A DNA stretch of 64,000 bases from Oligoflexales bacterium (GCA_045105515.1 JBGCDR010000051.1:12173-76172), one strand, 5' to 3'; numbered from the stretch's first letter, positions 1-10,030 are shown. Numbers and translations: made by a program. Notes: generated by a model from the sequence alone, not told the origin.

Positions 1-2
1 CT

Positions 3-431
3 GAGGATAACAATGTAATTCAGGATTATTGGAACAGAGAACGTAAGTATGGAATGGTTTTGATCGTCTTAGGTATTTCTTTACCATATGTTTATGGTAC
101 TGCTGCATATATGTTAGCACCATTTGCTTTTGGTGCTGCGGGAGGAATGGTCGCTGCTCCTATTTCTGGGTTCAAAGGTGCTAAGCGAGTTTCCGGAAAA
201 ATTTACTCATATACTAAAAGCAAGGTGGTAAGGGGATTCGTATCAATTATAGCTACTTTTATAGGAATTTCGACAGGAATTTCTGTGGTGGCTAGTGGAT
301 TTGATAAATTAATGCTTACGGACTTAAATAAGCGACAAAAGCTTCTTCATGAATTTGATTTGGCAACAATACAACTTGAGAAGCTAAGAGACAGGAATGA
401 ATTGATTTTGCGAAAATTAAAGCTTAAATGA
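3..431 (+). CDS. Hypothetical membrane protein, 5'-truncated at the window edge
   Basis: Frame is open from base 3 (EDNNVIQDYWNRERKYG-MVL...). Contains hydrophobic segments and a C-terminal coiled-coil-like tail; no family recognised. Confidence 0.6.
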   Translation, partial: EDNNVIQDYWNRERKYGMVLIVLGISLPYVYGTAAYMLAPFAFGAAGGMVAAPISGFKGAKRVSGKIYSYTKSKVVRGFVSIIATFIGISTGISVVASGFDKLMLTDLNKRQKLLHEFDLATIQLEKLRDRNELILRKLKLK

Positions 432-566
432 TTAGCAAACTTGGGATTATTCCACTTCCCATAACTCCTTACCCCAACAATTCCTAAAAAATTTTTGTTT
501 GTAGTAATTCGATGAATTTGCAAAATCATGTGCTGTTGCATTTGGTTTTTGAGAGGAGATAAACTT

Positions 567-938
567 ATGCGTTGGACGACATTGGTATTGATGAGTAGTT
601 TATTTGGTGCTTTGGCAGTAGCATTTGGTGCTTTCGGGGCGCATGGTTTAAAGGGCAGAGTTTCAGAAGCGGATCTTCAGATCTATGATCTTGCGGTTAG
701 ATACCAAATGTATCATGCTTTAGCTTTATTAGGGCTTGGGCTGGTAGCTAGCAAATTGGATCACCCGGCTTTGAATATTTCTGGTATTTGCTTTTGCGTC
801 GGTATTTTCTTGTTTTCGGGTTCACTATACACAATAGTGGCCTCAGGAATTAGGTGGTTCGGAGCAATAACCCCAATAGGTGGGCTTGCTTTAATAGCTG
901 GTTGGCTTATCCTTGGCTGGGCCGTGGCTTTCAAATAA
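567..938 (+). CDS. DUF423 / YgdD-TMEM256 family small membrane protein
   Basis: Motifs GAFGAHGLK, YQMYHALAL, FSGSLY and GAITPIGG. AGGAG SD precedes ATG at 567. Confidence 0.93.
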   Translation: MRWTTLVLMSSLFGALAVAFGAFGAHGLKGRVSEADLQIYDLAVRYQMYHALALLGLGLVASKLDHPALNISGICFCVGIFLFSGSLYTIVASGIRWFGAITPIGGLALIAGWLILGWAVAFK

Positions 939-952
939 GAAATAGTAATTTT

Positions 953-3019
953 ATGATTGATATTAATACATTAAATCCTGAGCAATATGAGGCTGCGAGT
1001 AACTTTAATGGCCCGATGATGATACTTGCAGGAGCTGGAACAGGAAAAACACGTGTGGTTACTTATCGAATTGCCCATATGATGGATCGAGGTGTCCTAC
1101 CGCGCCATATTGCTGCTATGACCTTTACCAACAAGGCTGCTACGGAAATGAAGGAACGAATTGGAGGCTTGGTTGGATACAAACGAGCTCAATCGCTCAA
1201 TATAAGCACCTTCCATAGTTTTTGCTTAAAATTATTGCGTAGTTATGGTCGATATGCGGGTTTGCCTTCAAAGTTTACTCTTGTTGGAACTGCGGACCAG
1301 CTAGACCTTGTTCGCAGGGCATTGGAGGAGAAGTCTTGGACAGGTTTATACCGAGTTGACCAGCTTCATGCACAGATCGGACAATGTAAAAATGAACTGA
1401 TTAGCCCTCAAGACCTTGCAAATGGTATTCTACCCAAGCAAGCAGAATGTGATCCCGAGCTTTTGGCTGCAGTCTATGCAGTTTATGAGCGGCAGCTTGA
1501 GTTGAACCGTGCAATTGATTTTGATGACTGCATTTTCAAAGTTGTGAAAATGTTGCGAACTCATGAAAAGATCAAGAAGAAACTTCAATCAATGTATCAG
1601 TATATGTTGGTTGATGAATTTCAAGACACAAATGCGGCTCAATTCTCTGTCCTTGAAGAACTTGCTTTGGGTACTGGTAATATCTGCGTAGTCGGGGACG
1701 ACGACCAGTCAATCTATAGCTGGCGTGGAGCGATGTTTGAGACTCTTGAACGTTTTGAAAAGACTTTTGCTGGGACCAAGGTGGTCAAGCTAGAGCAAAA
1801 TTACCGTTGTTCAAATGTAATACTTACTGCAGCTAACCATGTCATTAAGAATAATTTGCATCGTAAAGAAAAAACTCTTTGGAGCAAGTCAGACATAAAT
1901 AAACCTCTAGTGATCGCAGGTCTTGATGATCCTGCTGAAGAGGCTAGGTGGATTAGTGAAAAGTGTTTGTCTTTGATAGGAAGGGGATATAAGCCAAGTG
2001 ATATTGCAATATTATATCGTGCAAATGCCCAGGCTAAAGCAATTGAATTAGCATTGCGGGAATGTAACCTGTTCTATAAGACTTTTGGAGGACAAAGCTT
2101 CTTTGAAAAAAAGGAAGTAAAGGATTTTCTAGCTTATCTGCGTCTTGTGATCAATCCAGATGATCATTTGTCTCTATGGAGAATAATTAATACCCCTCCT
2201 CGTGGTATAGGTTTAAAAACTCAAGAGCAAGTTGAAAAGCTAGCAAAATCAAGGGATTGCTCCCCATTTGAGGTTATGAAGGGAGATTTGTGCGATGAAA
2301 TTTCAACAGGCAGTAAAAAAGCCATCAAAGGTTTTGTTGCTTTAATTGAGGAATTAGGCAGCCTGCCTTTAGAGAGCGCTAACGATTGTGCTGCACTTGG
2401 AAATGCAATTCTAGAAAAGAGTGCTCTCTTAGACTATTGTAAGCAGGGTGCAAAGAACGTTCTTAGCCGTAAGCATAAAGTCAATAATTTAAAAAGTTTA
2501 CCTAAATGGTTGGAAAAAGCAGCCGGAGATCAAAAAGAGGAACGGGGTGAAGTTGACTGTTACAAATTATTAGACATTCTTACCTTAGGGGATGAGCTTA
2601 GATTTAACACAGAAGAAGAAAACCCCGTACATATTTCTTTGATGACGATCCATGCCTCTAAAGGTTTGGAATTTCCTGCTATCTTCATTGCTGGCATGGA
2701 AGAAGGAAGCCTTCCGCACAGAAATAGCGTTGAAGCCGGGGATGTGCAGATTTCTGAGGAAAGACGGCTTTTTTATGTAGCTTTAACCCGGGCAAAAGCT
2801 GAGCTGTTTTTGTCGTTTGCTGCTGTAAGACAAAGTGGATTTCAAAAAGAAGAGCGAAAAAAGAGTCGTTTTCTTAAAGAGCTTCCAGTTCATGAAGGGG
2901 CTATAGAAGAACATTCTAAACAATTGGATAAACGAGAGAAAAAGCAGGAAGAAAAAAAGCGAACCCTGACAAAACTTTCTGCTATTCGAGAGAGCCTTCT
3001 GGATGGAAGTTGGGACTAA
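953..3019 (+). CDS. SF1A ATP-dependent DNA helicase (UvrD/Rep/PcrA family)
   Basis: Motifs LNPEQ, AGAGTGKT, TFTNKAA, STFHS, VDEFQD, VGDDDQSIYSWRGA, LEQNYR, MTIHASKGLEF and EERRLFYVALTRA. Likely start ATG 953. Confidence 0.96.
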   Translation: MIDINTLNPEQYEAASNFNGPMMILAGAGTGKTRVVTYRIAHMMDRGVLPRHIAAMTFTNKAATEMKERIGGLVGYKRAQSLNISTFHSFCLKLLRSYGRYAGLPSKFTLVGTADQLDLVRRALEEKSWTGLYRVDQLHAQIGQCKNELISPQDLANGILPKQAECDPELLAAVYAVYERQLELNRAIDFDDCIFKVVKMLRTHEKIKKKLQSMYQYMLVDEFQDTNAAQFSVLEELALGTGNICVVGDDDQSIYSWRGAMFETLERFEKTFAGTKVVKLEQNYRCSNVILTAANHVIKNNLHRKEKTLWSKSDINKPLVIAGLDDPAEEARWISEKCLSLIGRGYKPSDIAILYRANAQAKAIELALRECNLFYKTFGGQSFFEKKEVKDFLAYLRLVINPDDHLSLWRIINTPPRGIGLKTQEQVEKLAKSRDCSPFEVMKGDLCDEISTGSKKAIKGFVALIEELGSLPLESANDCAALGNAILEKSALLDYCKQGAKNVLSRKHKVNNLKSLPKWLEKAAGDQKEERGEVDCYKLLDILTLGDELRFNTEEENPVHISLMTIHASKGLEFPAIFIAGMEEGSLPHRNSVEAGDVQISEERRLFYVALTRAKAELFLSFAAVRQSGFQKEERKKSRFLKELPVHEGAIEEHSKQLDKREKKQEEKKRTLTKLSAIRESLLDGSWD

Positions 3020-3897
3020 ATATCTAACGTCCCTTTTTCTTTAACAAATTCTTTCAATTTCTTGACAATTCTAGATTCAATTTGTCTTGCTCTCTCGCGG
3101 GATATACCATAAGCGTCGCCAATTTCCTGCAATGTCATTGGTTTATCTGCCACTAGACGCCTATTAAAAATATCAAGGTCCCTGCCACTAAGATTTCCTT
3201 TAAACTCTTCCAAATGCTGCGCAAAAATGTACTTTACCTGTGCATCTGAAAGCAACTCCTCGATATTCACGGAATTTTTATCTTGGATCAGGTCCGCCCG
3301 TGTTCCTTGTGTACCTTCGTCGTTGCTAATAGGAGCATCTAATGACATATCCGGTGCTTGAAGACGCTTTTGCATTTCAATAACATCTTTTTCTGGTACA
3401 TCGAGGCTTTTTGCAATGAGCTTAGGATCAACCGTGTCATACTCTGATAGTAGTTTGTCGGTCTCTTTTTGCAGGTTATAAAAAAGTTTTCGTTGAGCTG
3501 CAGTTGTTGCTATTTTGACCTGACTCTTATTATCCAAAAGGTACTTAAGAATATATGCACGAATCCACCAAGCTGAATAACTGGAAAGCTTGACCCCTTT
3601 GTAAGGGTTGAACTTTTTTACAGCTTGCATTAGACCGTAGTTTCCTTCTTGAATCAAATCGAGCAAACCAGCCTGAGCTTTTCTAAAATCATTTGCGATC
3701 TTAACTACTAAGCGTAAGTTAGATGTAATTAAACGGTGAGCTGCTTGTATATCGTCACTTTCATAGTGCTTTTTAGCTAGTTCTAATTCTTCTTCAGGCT
3801 CTAGCAAAGGGTATTTAGCGATTTCCTGGAGATATAGCTGTAGTGGTGATATGTTAGCTGGAGACTTGGATCCAGCTGGTATTGGTAATTTGCTCAC
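3016..3897 (-). CDS. rpoH: RNA polymerase sigma factor, sigma-32 (RpoH) family
   Basis: Region 2 motifs NLRLVVKIA, DLIQEGN and YSAWWIRA; RpoH box QRKLFYNL; region 4 TLQEIG..SRERARQIE. Confidence 0.9.
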   Translation of the reverse strand: MSKLPIPAGSKSPANISPLQLYLQEIAKYPLLEPEEELELAKKHYESDDIQAAHRLITSNLRLVVKIANDFRKAQAGLLDLIQEGNYGLMQAVKKFNPYKGVKLSSYSAWWIRAYILKYLLDNKSQVKIATTAAQRKLFYNLQKETDKLLSEYDTVDPKLIAKSLDVPEKDVIEMQKRLQAPDMSLDAPISNDEGTQGTRADLIQDKNSVNIEELLSDAQVKYIFAQHLEEFKGNLSGRDLDIFNRRLVADKPMTLQEIGDAYGISRERARQIESRIVKKLKEFVKEKGTLDI

Positions 3898-3965
3898 TAG
3901 TTATCACCTTCTAGAAATTAGTAATCCAGCTTGAATAATTGTTAATCCTCATAAGGGCCTGAACC

Positions 3966-4898
3966 ATGGCTGGAATAGGCATCATAGCAAATCCGCACTC
4001 CAAATTAAACAAACGAAATCCGAGGCGACAGCACCTGCTGAGCTATATTGCTGGTGAAAAGGGACGTTTAGAGGTCACCAATAACCTGGATGAGCTACGC
4101 AAAGTGGCTCAAGATTTTCGTCACCGCGCAATAAAAATTTTGGCAATAAATGGTGGAGACGGTACTATCAGTCGCACAATTACCGCATTTATTGATGCAT
4201 ATCAAGAAGAACCCTTACCAAAAATAGCACTTTTGGGAGGAGGAACTATGAATATGCTAGCAGATAATCTTGGTATTAAAGGAAGTCCTGAAGAAAACTT
4301 GTTTCGCTTAATTGAGCAGCACTCGCTTCTGGAAGAAGAAAATGTCTTTCCTCTAAATACAATAAAAATTGGCAGTGATTATGGGTTTTTGTTTGCTGAT
4401 GGGACAAGCGCTCGATTCCTGGATGAATTTTATAAAAATAAAACTAGTGCGTTAGGTTCTGCCAGTTTGGTTATTAAAGCTGCTGTTTCAGCATTGGTCA
4501 ATGGGTCACTGTTTCGCAAAATTGTGAAGGGGGATATGGTCTCTATAACTCCTATTAATCAAGAAAATATTAGAGTTTTGTCTCTTTCTGTTCTCGTTTC
4601 AAGTGTCCCTAAAATTCCTCATGGAATTCAAATGTTTCCAGAAGTTTCTCAAGGAGACGAAGGTTTTAATGTTTTATGTATTACCCTAAAGGTTGAGGAA
4701 GTGATCCGTAAGTTTTTTCAGACGCTCTTATTTAAGCCGTATAGGGAAGGGTATGGTAAAATAAGATTCCGTTCATCTGGTTTACAAATAAAACATGAAA
4801 ATTCTATGCCTTATACTCTGGATGGGGAACTTTTTAGTGCTGATAGCGGTATGATCAAGTTAGAAAAAGGTCCAGAGATTCAATTCTTAAAAATATAA
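3966..4898 (+). CDS. Diacylglycerol/lipid kinase family protein
   Basis: Motifs IANPHS, GGDGT, GGGTMN and C-terminal YTLDGE. Confidence 0.88.
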   Translation: MAGIGIIANPHSKLNKRNPRRQHLLSYIAGEKGRLEVTNNLDELRKVAQDFRHRAIKILAINGGDGTISRTITAFIDAYQEEPLPKIALLGGGTMNMLADNLGIKGSPEENLFRLIEQHSLLEEENVFPLNTIKIGSDYGFLFADGTSARFLDEFYKNKTSALGSASLVIKAAVSALVNGSLFRKIVKGDMVSITPINQENIRVLSLSVLVSSVPKIPHGIQMFPEVSQGDEGFNVLCITLKVEEVIRKFFQTLLFKPYREGYGKIRFRSSGLQIKHENSMPYTLDGELFSADSGMIKLEKGPEIQFLKI

Positions 4899-5933
4899 GT
4901 GAAATTTATGATGGAATCTAAAGATAGTCGACAAACTAGATCCCCCATAGACATTCTAAGTTTGAAAACAAAAGCACCTAACTTGAAGGTTAGCTGGTTG
5001 GCAGGGGATGGGTCGGATCGATCTTATTTTCGATTATCCGACTGTGAAGTAGGTAAAAGCTGGGTTCTCATGCAACTTGGCGATCTTGATCGCAAGGCTC
5101 TCCAAAGCCATGAATATGATTGGATTCACGTTCAACATGTATTGCGTAAGGCTGGGCTTCGAGTACCGGAGTTGTATCATATTTTCTCTGACTTTGGTGA
5201 AATTGTAATCGAAGATTGTGATAATCATGTTTTCGAGCAAGAAATTATAAGGTTTAGTAAAGCGTCGGATACTAAGAAAATAGAAGAGTTATATTTAAAA
5301 GCTTTTGCTCTAATAGCAAAGATGCTCAAAATCAGGAAATCAAAACAGGATGTTTGGTGCTCTCGTTCATTTGATCAAGAAAAATTATCTCAAGAGCTTC
5401 ATTTTTTTGTTGAGAAATACTTGGTCAAAAATTTAAAGATGAACTTTAATAGGCAAGAAAAGAAGCTCTTAACATTTGATATAGAAACACTTTCCACTTT
5501 TCTTGCTAATAGACCTCAATTCTTTGTACACAGAGATTTTCATTCGAGAAATCTCATGATTAGGGATGATGAATTGATTGTCATCGATTTTCAGGATGCA
5601 AGGCTTGGGCCTTGCGCATATGATCTTGTTTCTCTTTGTTTTGATTCTTATGTGCCTATAGGTTTAGAACTGCGTCGTAACCTTCTTAACGAAGCTAAAT
5701 ATTTTTTATCCAAGACAGTAGATCCGATTTTGAATCAAGAATTGACCATAACTTCAGAAGCTATGTTGTTACAAAGGCAATTGAAAGCACTTGGTAGTTT
5801 TGCATTTTTGACCTTAGATATGAATCGTGGAGATTACTTACAGTATAGTAAATCTGCAATTGAAACCATTGCAGGTAGTTTTGATAAACGTTGGCCGTTT
5901 TTGTCCGGCGCCATGCTGGAAAAAATTCAATAA
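4899..5933 (+). CDS. amgK: Aminoglycoside phosphotransferase-fold kinase, probable anomeric MurNAc/GlcNAc kinase
   Basis: Motifs LAGDGSDRSYFR, HRDFHSRNLM, IDFQDARLGP.AYDLVSL and QRQLKALG. Sits directly before a nucleotidyltransferase, as in amgK-murU pairs. Confidence 0.8.
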   Translation: MKFMMESKDSRQTRSPIDILSLKTKAPNLKVSWLAGDGSDRSYFRLSDCEVGKSWVLMQLGDLDRKALQSHEYDWIHVQHVLRKAGLRVPELYHIFSDFGEIVIEDCDNHVFEQEIIRFSKASDTKKIEELYLKAFALIAKMLKIRKSKQDVWCSRSFDQEKLSQELHFFVEKYLVKNLKMNFNRQEKKLLTFDIETLSTFLANRPQFFVHRDFHSRNLMIRDDELIVIDFQDARLGPCAYDLVSLCFDSYVPIGLELRRNLLNEAKYFLSKTVDPILNQELTITSEAMLLQRQLKALGSFAFLTLDMNRGDYLQYSKSAIETIAGSFDKRWPFLSGAMLEKIQ

Positions 5934-5947
5934 ATCTAAGGATCTAC

Positions 5948-7000
5948 ATGACTTCTTCTTCTAAATATCTAAACAAATATGTAGGTGTCATCTTGGCGGC
6001 TGGTTTTGGCTCTCGTTTGCAACCTATGACCAAGTTAGTGCCAAAACCTCTCATACCATTTATGGGAGTACCCTTACTCTATCTCAATCTTGAAAGGCTT
6101 GTCACACTTGGCCTTGATCGCTACATTGTAAATGCTCATTACTTAGCAGATCAAATTGTAGAAGCAGTTGATATTTATCCACGTCCTCTGGCTATCCATA
6201 CTTCTGTAGAAACCGAAATTTTGGGAACGGGTGGTGCTTATGCTCCTATGCATAAAATTAGAAAAGGAAGACCTCTTGTCGTAGTAAATGGAGATATTAT
6301 AAGCGATTTTAGCTTTAATCGATTAATCTCCCATCATGAGGCAATAGGTGCTTCAGCAAGCATGGGTCTTTTGGACAAACCTCACGGAGATAGTGAAGCG
6401 ATAATTTGGGTTCAAGATGGAAAAGTTGTCCGCATCGGAGGAGGCAGGCCGAATGCTGAATGCTCCGGGCATGGCTATGCATGCGTGCAAGTATTAGGCG
6501 ATCAATTCCTAAATCAGATAAAAAAAGGATCAAAAAAACCTATTATCTCTTACTACAAGACTGCTCTTGAAGAGGGTCAGGTTATCGGAGCCTATTCTGA
6601 AAAATGCTTTTGGTATGATCTTGGGACTCCAAAAAATTACTGGAAAGCTCATAGAGATTATTTGCTAAGGTTAAGTGGTGATCAAGGTTTGATGGCTCGC
6701 GATGAGTTAAGTGTCTTTAGATTTGCAAAAGAATTTATGAATACTACTTATCGTTTAGTGGTAAAAGATTTCAAGGATCAGGAAAATAATCATTATCTTA
6801 GTCCATCTTTAATAGGAGATGGGTTAAGTCTCAGTCGTAATAGTTTACTTGGCCCATTCGCAATTACAACTGGTAACATCTCAATGGATCCAAATGTTCG
6901 GATAAGAGACAGTGTTGTTTGTGATAATCTGCAGTTACCTGAACAAACATTGATGCAAGATTGCCTGTATTTCAAAGGTATGTCGATGCCACTTAAGTGA
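5948..7000 (+). CDS. NDP-sugar pyrophosphorylase, probable MurNAc-1-P uridylyltransferase (MurU-like) with a C-terminal extension
   Basis: Motifs LAAGFGSRLQPMT..PKPL, E..LGTGG, VNGD and WYDLGTP. Adjacent to the amgK-like gene. Confidence 0.8.
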   Translation: MTSSSKYLNKYVGVILAAGFGSRLQPMTKLVPKPLIPFMGVPLLYLNLERLVTLGLDRYIVNAHYLADQIVEAVDIYPRPLAIHTSVETEILGTGGAYAPMHKIRKGRPLVVVNGDIISDFSFNRLISHHEAIGASASMGLLDKPHGDSEAIIWVQDGKVVRIGGGRPNAECSGHGYACVQVLGDQFLNQIKKGSKKPIISYYKTALEEGQVIGAYSEKCFWYDLGTPKNYWKAHRDYLLRLSGDQGLMARDELSVFRFAKEFMNTTYRLVVKDFKDQENNHYLSPSLIGDGLSLSRNSLLGPFAITTGNISMDPNVRIRDSVVCDNLQLPEQTLMQDCLYFKGMSMPLK

Positions 7001-7092
7001 TCGTCGCTAAACATAATTTAATTTAATTGCAGGCAAAAATGCGTTGATATTTCTCATAAATAATCTGTTTTAATTTTTAGAAAGGAATATTA

Positions 7093-7998
7093 ATGAGCCA
7101 CGGCTTCAGATTTTTTTTGCTCACTCTATTTGGTTGTTTGTGCTCTTGCCATTTTAAATCTCATAAAATGAATGAAATGATCGTAAGTCACGAAGAATTT
7201 AGAGATGATAATTTTATAGATCTTCGAATCAATAAAAAATCCTACGAACAATTATTGTCTGAACTTTCTAAACAATTAGAAACATCAAGCATCAATAAAA
7301 AAACATCAAAGAACTATTATTTTGACTATTTTATAGATAAATCTGTTAGGGGCCAGATCCTGCGAAACCATGGTTTAGTGCTACGCATATTTATCGAAGC
7401 AGGCTTACCAAAAGTCCACTTAAAAATAAACCGTATGCTGAGAGACCCAAAAAACTCTTCAATTTTTAGCCGTTTTGATTATATTTGTCAGATTAAAAGC
7501 ATCGATATTCTAAAGAAAATATTAGCTGGTGAAAAACCTCTACTTAGTCTCGAAGAAAAAGATTGCAAAATGCTTGACTCAATCAAGCATCCAATAGCGG
7601 TTACCAAAAAGTATCTAAGATCAGAAGTTTTGGGAAAACGAGGGATACCTAGAAGAATTCCGTTGGCAAGCATAAAGCCGATTGCTGTAAACCAAATAAC
7701 TTCCCACAATTTAGTTGCCGAAATATCTGGGCAGAAGATTTTATTTCATATAGAAAAAATTATTTATCCGAAAGGAGTCGTAGGTTATAGCTTATTTGTG
7801 GATTTTAAAGGAATAGATAGTTTGAATAAATTTCATACTATATTCAATTATTTGCAACAAAAAGGAATATCTTATGCTCACAATTCACATCACGTCGAGG
7901 ATCTTACTTTTCTTATTTCATATGCAGAAGAAACAGATTATTTGGATTTACTAAGATCAGGATATTTAACTAAAAAAGATATGAAGATCAGACTCTAA
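7093..7998 (+). CDS. Putative lipoprotein with a degenerate CYTH/triphosphate-tunnel-like domain
   Basis: Signal peptide ends in Cys residues. The order KNYYFD...LR..GLVLRI...VHLK...RFDY resembles CYTH, but the ExExK motif is absent. Confidence 0.45.
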   Translation: MSHGFRFFLLTLFGCLCSCHFKSHKMNEMIVSHEEFRDDNFIDLRINKKSYEQLLSELSKQLETSSINKKTSKNYYFDYFIDKSVRGQILRNHGLVLRIFIEAGLPKVHLKINRMLRDPKNSSIFSRFDYICQIKSIDILKKILAGEKPLLSLEEKDCKMLDSIKHPIAVTKKYLRSEVLGKRGIPRRIPLASIKPIAVNQITSHNLVAEISGQKILFHIEKIIYPKGVVGYSLFVDFKGIDSLNKFHTIFNYLQQKGISYAHNSHHVEDLTFLISYAEETDYLDLLRSGYLTKKDMKIRL

Positions 7999-8384
7999 AG
8001 CCCGCCATAACCCTTCATTTGTAGTGTTTCGATGATCTGGTCAATGATTAGGCGTTGAGTTTTATCGAGCTCGGTAAATACCCCACCGATGCGAAATTTC
8101 TTTTCATCAAACCATCTTGTTTCTGTCTGGCATACCAATCTAGAAGGTGAATATATTCCCAGTGGGGCTAGGGGGATATTGAGCCAGAAAATATCTCCTG
8201 GCTTTGCTGAAAATTCGCCTGTGAATTCAAGTTTGAAGCCTTGTAGACTAATGTCTAAAAGGACACCACTATGAATCCCAAATGGCAACCACTTATACTT
8301 CCGTACTTCAACGAGTGCATGGGAAATAAAGCGCTCTTGCCTAGACTCTCCTTGTTTTCCATGCTGGCCACCTGCTGTCGTCAC
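7995..8384 (-). CDS. Single-domain PilZ protein
   Basis: RQERF followed by DISLQG and a C-terminal RW....IGGVF strand pattern. Confidence 0.85.
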   Translation of the reverse strand: MTTAGGQHGKQGESRQERFISHALVEVRKYKWLPFGIHSGVLLDISLQGFKLEFTGEFSAKPGDIFWLNIPLAPLGIYSPSRLVCQTETRWFDEKKFRIGGVFTELDKTQRLIIDQIIETLQMKGYGGL

Positions 8385-8471
8385 CGAAGCACCTATAAAA
8401 AAAAAACCACATAGATTGTTTTATTTAATTATTATACTTCATAAGTCGGCGTAGCGTCTACGTAATAAGAA

Positions 8472-9746
8472 ATGGCCATGGAGAATAGAAGAACGATGGA
8501 TTATCGGCATGAAATTCCCAAGCGTGTGCGTGTCTTGATTCTAGGTGGTGGAATACATGGAGTAGGATTGCTTCATGATCTGGCAAGCCGGGGACTCAAA
8601 GATATTTTTCTATTAGAGAAAAATAGCCTGGCTCAAGGTACTAGCTCTAGGTCGACTAAGCTAATCCATGGAGGATTACGCTACCTTAAAAGAGCAAGTG
8701 ATTATAGCCTAGTTTCTGAATCTTTGCGTGAACGCAAACTTTTATTGGATCTTGTTCCTGACTTGGTACATCCACTAGAACTAATTTTCCCAATATTAAA
8801 TAAGGGGGGTGAAGGTTCCCTTATGGTTAAGATTGGCTTGAGTCTATATGATCGTTTGGCAGGTAAAGAAAAAGTAAATCCACATACAACTGTTCAGCTA
8901 GAAGAAGTATTAAAAAAAACACCCATTCTTAATCCAAGTGAGTTTAAAAAGTTTTATTCGTTTTGGGATGCACAAACCGATGACCTGGCTCTAGTAATGC
9001 GAGCGGCTAACTCAGCAGTCTCCCTTGGAGGGCGTATTTCTGAGCATTGTAGAGCCGTCAAAGTTTCAAAGTCTAAGGATGGATTTGATGTAGAAGTTCA
9101 AGAGGAAGGGTCTGAAATAAAGAAAATCAGTGCTCTTTACGTGGTCAATTGCCTGGGTCCTTGGGCAAACGATTTTTTGGAAAAAAGTTCAATAGAGCCG
9201 GCATTTTATGGTTTGAAAAACAAAGGTGTTCATTTGATATTGCCAGACAAAGGCCTAAAAGCAGGGCTCTTTCTGCAGTCTCCTGAAGACCGTAGGATTT
9301 TTTTCCTTCTTCCTTGGCTGGGTCATACATTGCTTGGAACCACTGAATCAGTTTTTGATGGTGATCCCGACCAGGTAGTAGCCCAAGATGAAGATATTGA
9401 TTACCTCTTGAGCCGCTGTAATCGATATTTGAACGAACCATTCAAGAAAAGTGAGATCGTATCAAGCTTTGCAGGCTTAAGGTGGCTTGCAATGGAAAAA
9501 AGTAAGACAATAAGTTCTACTTCGAGGGAATTTTCGCTCGGAGAGCAAGCTTCAGGCCGCGGCTTGCTAATCACCTTATATGGGGGAAAGCTCACAAGCT
9601 ATCGTTCCCTGGCAGAAAAGATAGGTGATAGAATCTCGTCTCATTTTGGAGAGTTCAGGCCAAGTCAGACTCATAAACAGGCATCTTGGATAAAAGCTGG
9701 CGAACATTCGTCGCCGCAAATCCTGGAAAGGTTCGTGCCAGGTTGA
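8472..9746 (+). CDS. glpD: FAD-dependent glycerol-3-phosphate dehydrogenase/oxidase (short form)
   Basis: Motifs GGGIHG, GTSSRSTKLIHGGLRYL, LLGTTE, FAGLR and GGKLTSYR. Confidence 0.9.
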   Translation: MAMENRRTMDYRHEIPKRVRVLILGGGIHGVGLLHDLASRGLKDIFLLEKNSLAQGTSSRSTKLIHGGLRYLKRASDYSLVSESLRERKLLLDLVPDLVHPLELIFPILNKGGEGSLMVKIGLSLYDRLAGKEKVNPHTTVQLEEVLKKTPILNPSEFKKFYSFWDAQTDDLALVMRAANSAVSLGGRISEHCRAVKVSKSKDGFDVEVQEEGSEIKKISALYVVNCLGPWANDFLEKSSIEPAFYGLKNKGVHLILPDKGLKAGLFLQSPEDRRIFFLLPWLGHTLLGTTESVFDGDPDQVVAQDEDIDYLLSRCNRYLNEPFKKSEIVSSFAGLRWLAMEKSKTISSTSREFSLGEQASGRGLLITLYGGKLTSYRSLAEKIGDRISSHFGEFRPSQTHKQASWIKAGEHSSPQILERFVPG

Positions 9747-9894
9747 TAAATTAATAGTAATAAAAATTACTATAAAGAGACTATTTAATAGTGCTCTAAT
9801 TCTAAAAAATATTAATATATTAAATGATTATAATGCAAAATAAAAAAGCTATAAAAAAAATATTAAAATAAAAAGTAAAAGCTATAAAAATAAT

Positions 9895-9923
9895 TTGACT
9901 TATTGAATTTAATGGCATACATT
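9895..9923 (+). promoter_or_regulatory. Sigma-70-type promoter with AT-rich UP region
   Basis: TTGACT (9895-9900), 17-nt spacer, TACATT (9918-9923). Preceded by ~140 nt of A/T tracts with AAAAGCTATAAAAA repeated twice. Confidence 0.65.
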
Positions 9924-9928
9924 TCTTC

Positions 9929-10030
9929 GTGCAAGGCGAAGCCACACACCGAAGGATCACACAGCCTTGCAGCATCACACATCAGGACCGCAAGCAGGAC
10001 CACAAAACCTCTTGTTATGCACTAGGTATT
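9929..10030 (+). ncRNA. Candidate small RNA with repeated AGGA/CACAC motifs (CsrB/RsmZ-like)
   Basis: Begins ~6 nt after the -10 box. TGCAAGGC pairs with GCCTTGCA; contains three AGGA motifs; no credible ORF downstream of the promoter. Confidence 0.45.

Noticed and set aside
854..952. N-terminal extension of the helicase ORF
   Set aside because: It overlaps the DUF423 gene, and the conserved LNPEQ motif starts right after ATG 953.
9912..10025. 37-aa ORF (MAYISSCK...) across the sRNA candidate; also ORF 9967..10161
   Set aside because: The first ATG lies inside the promoter spacer with no SD. The second ORF overlaps the convergent response regulator.
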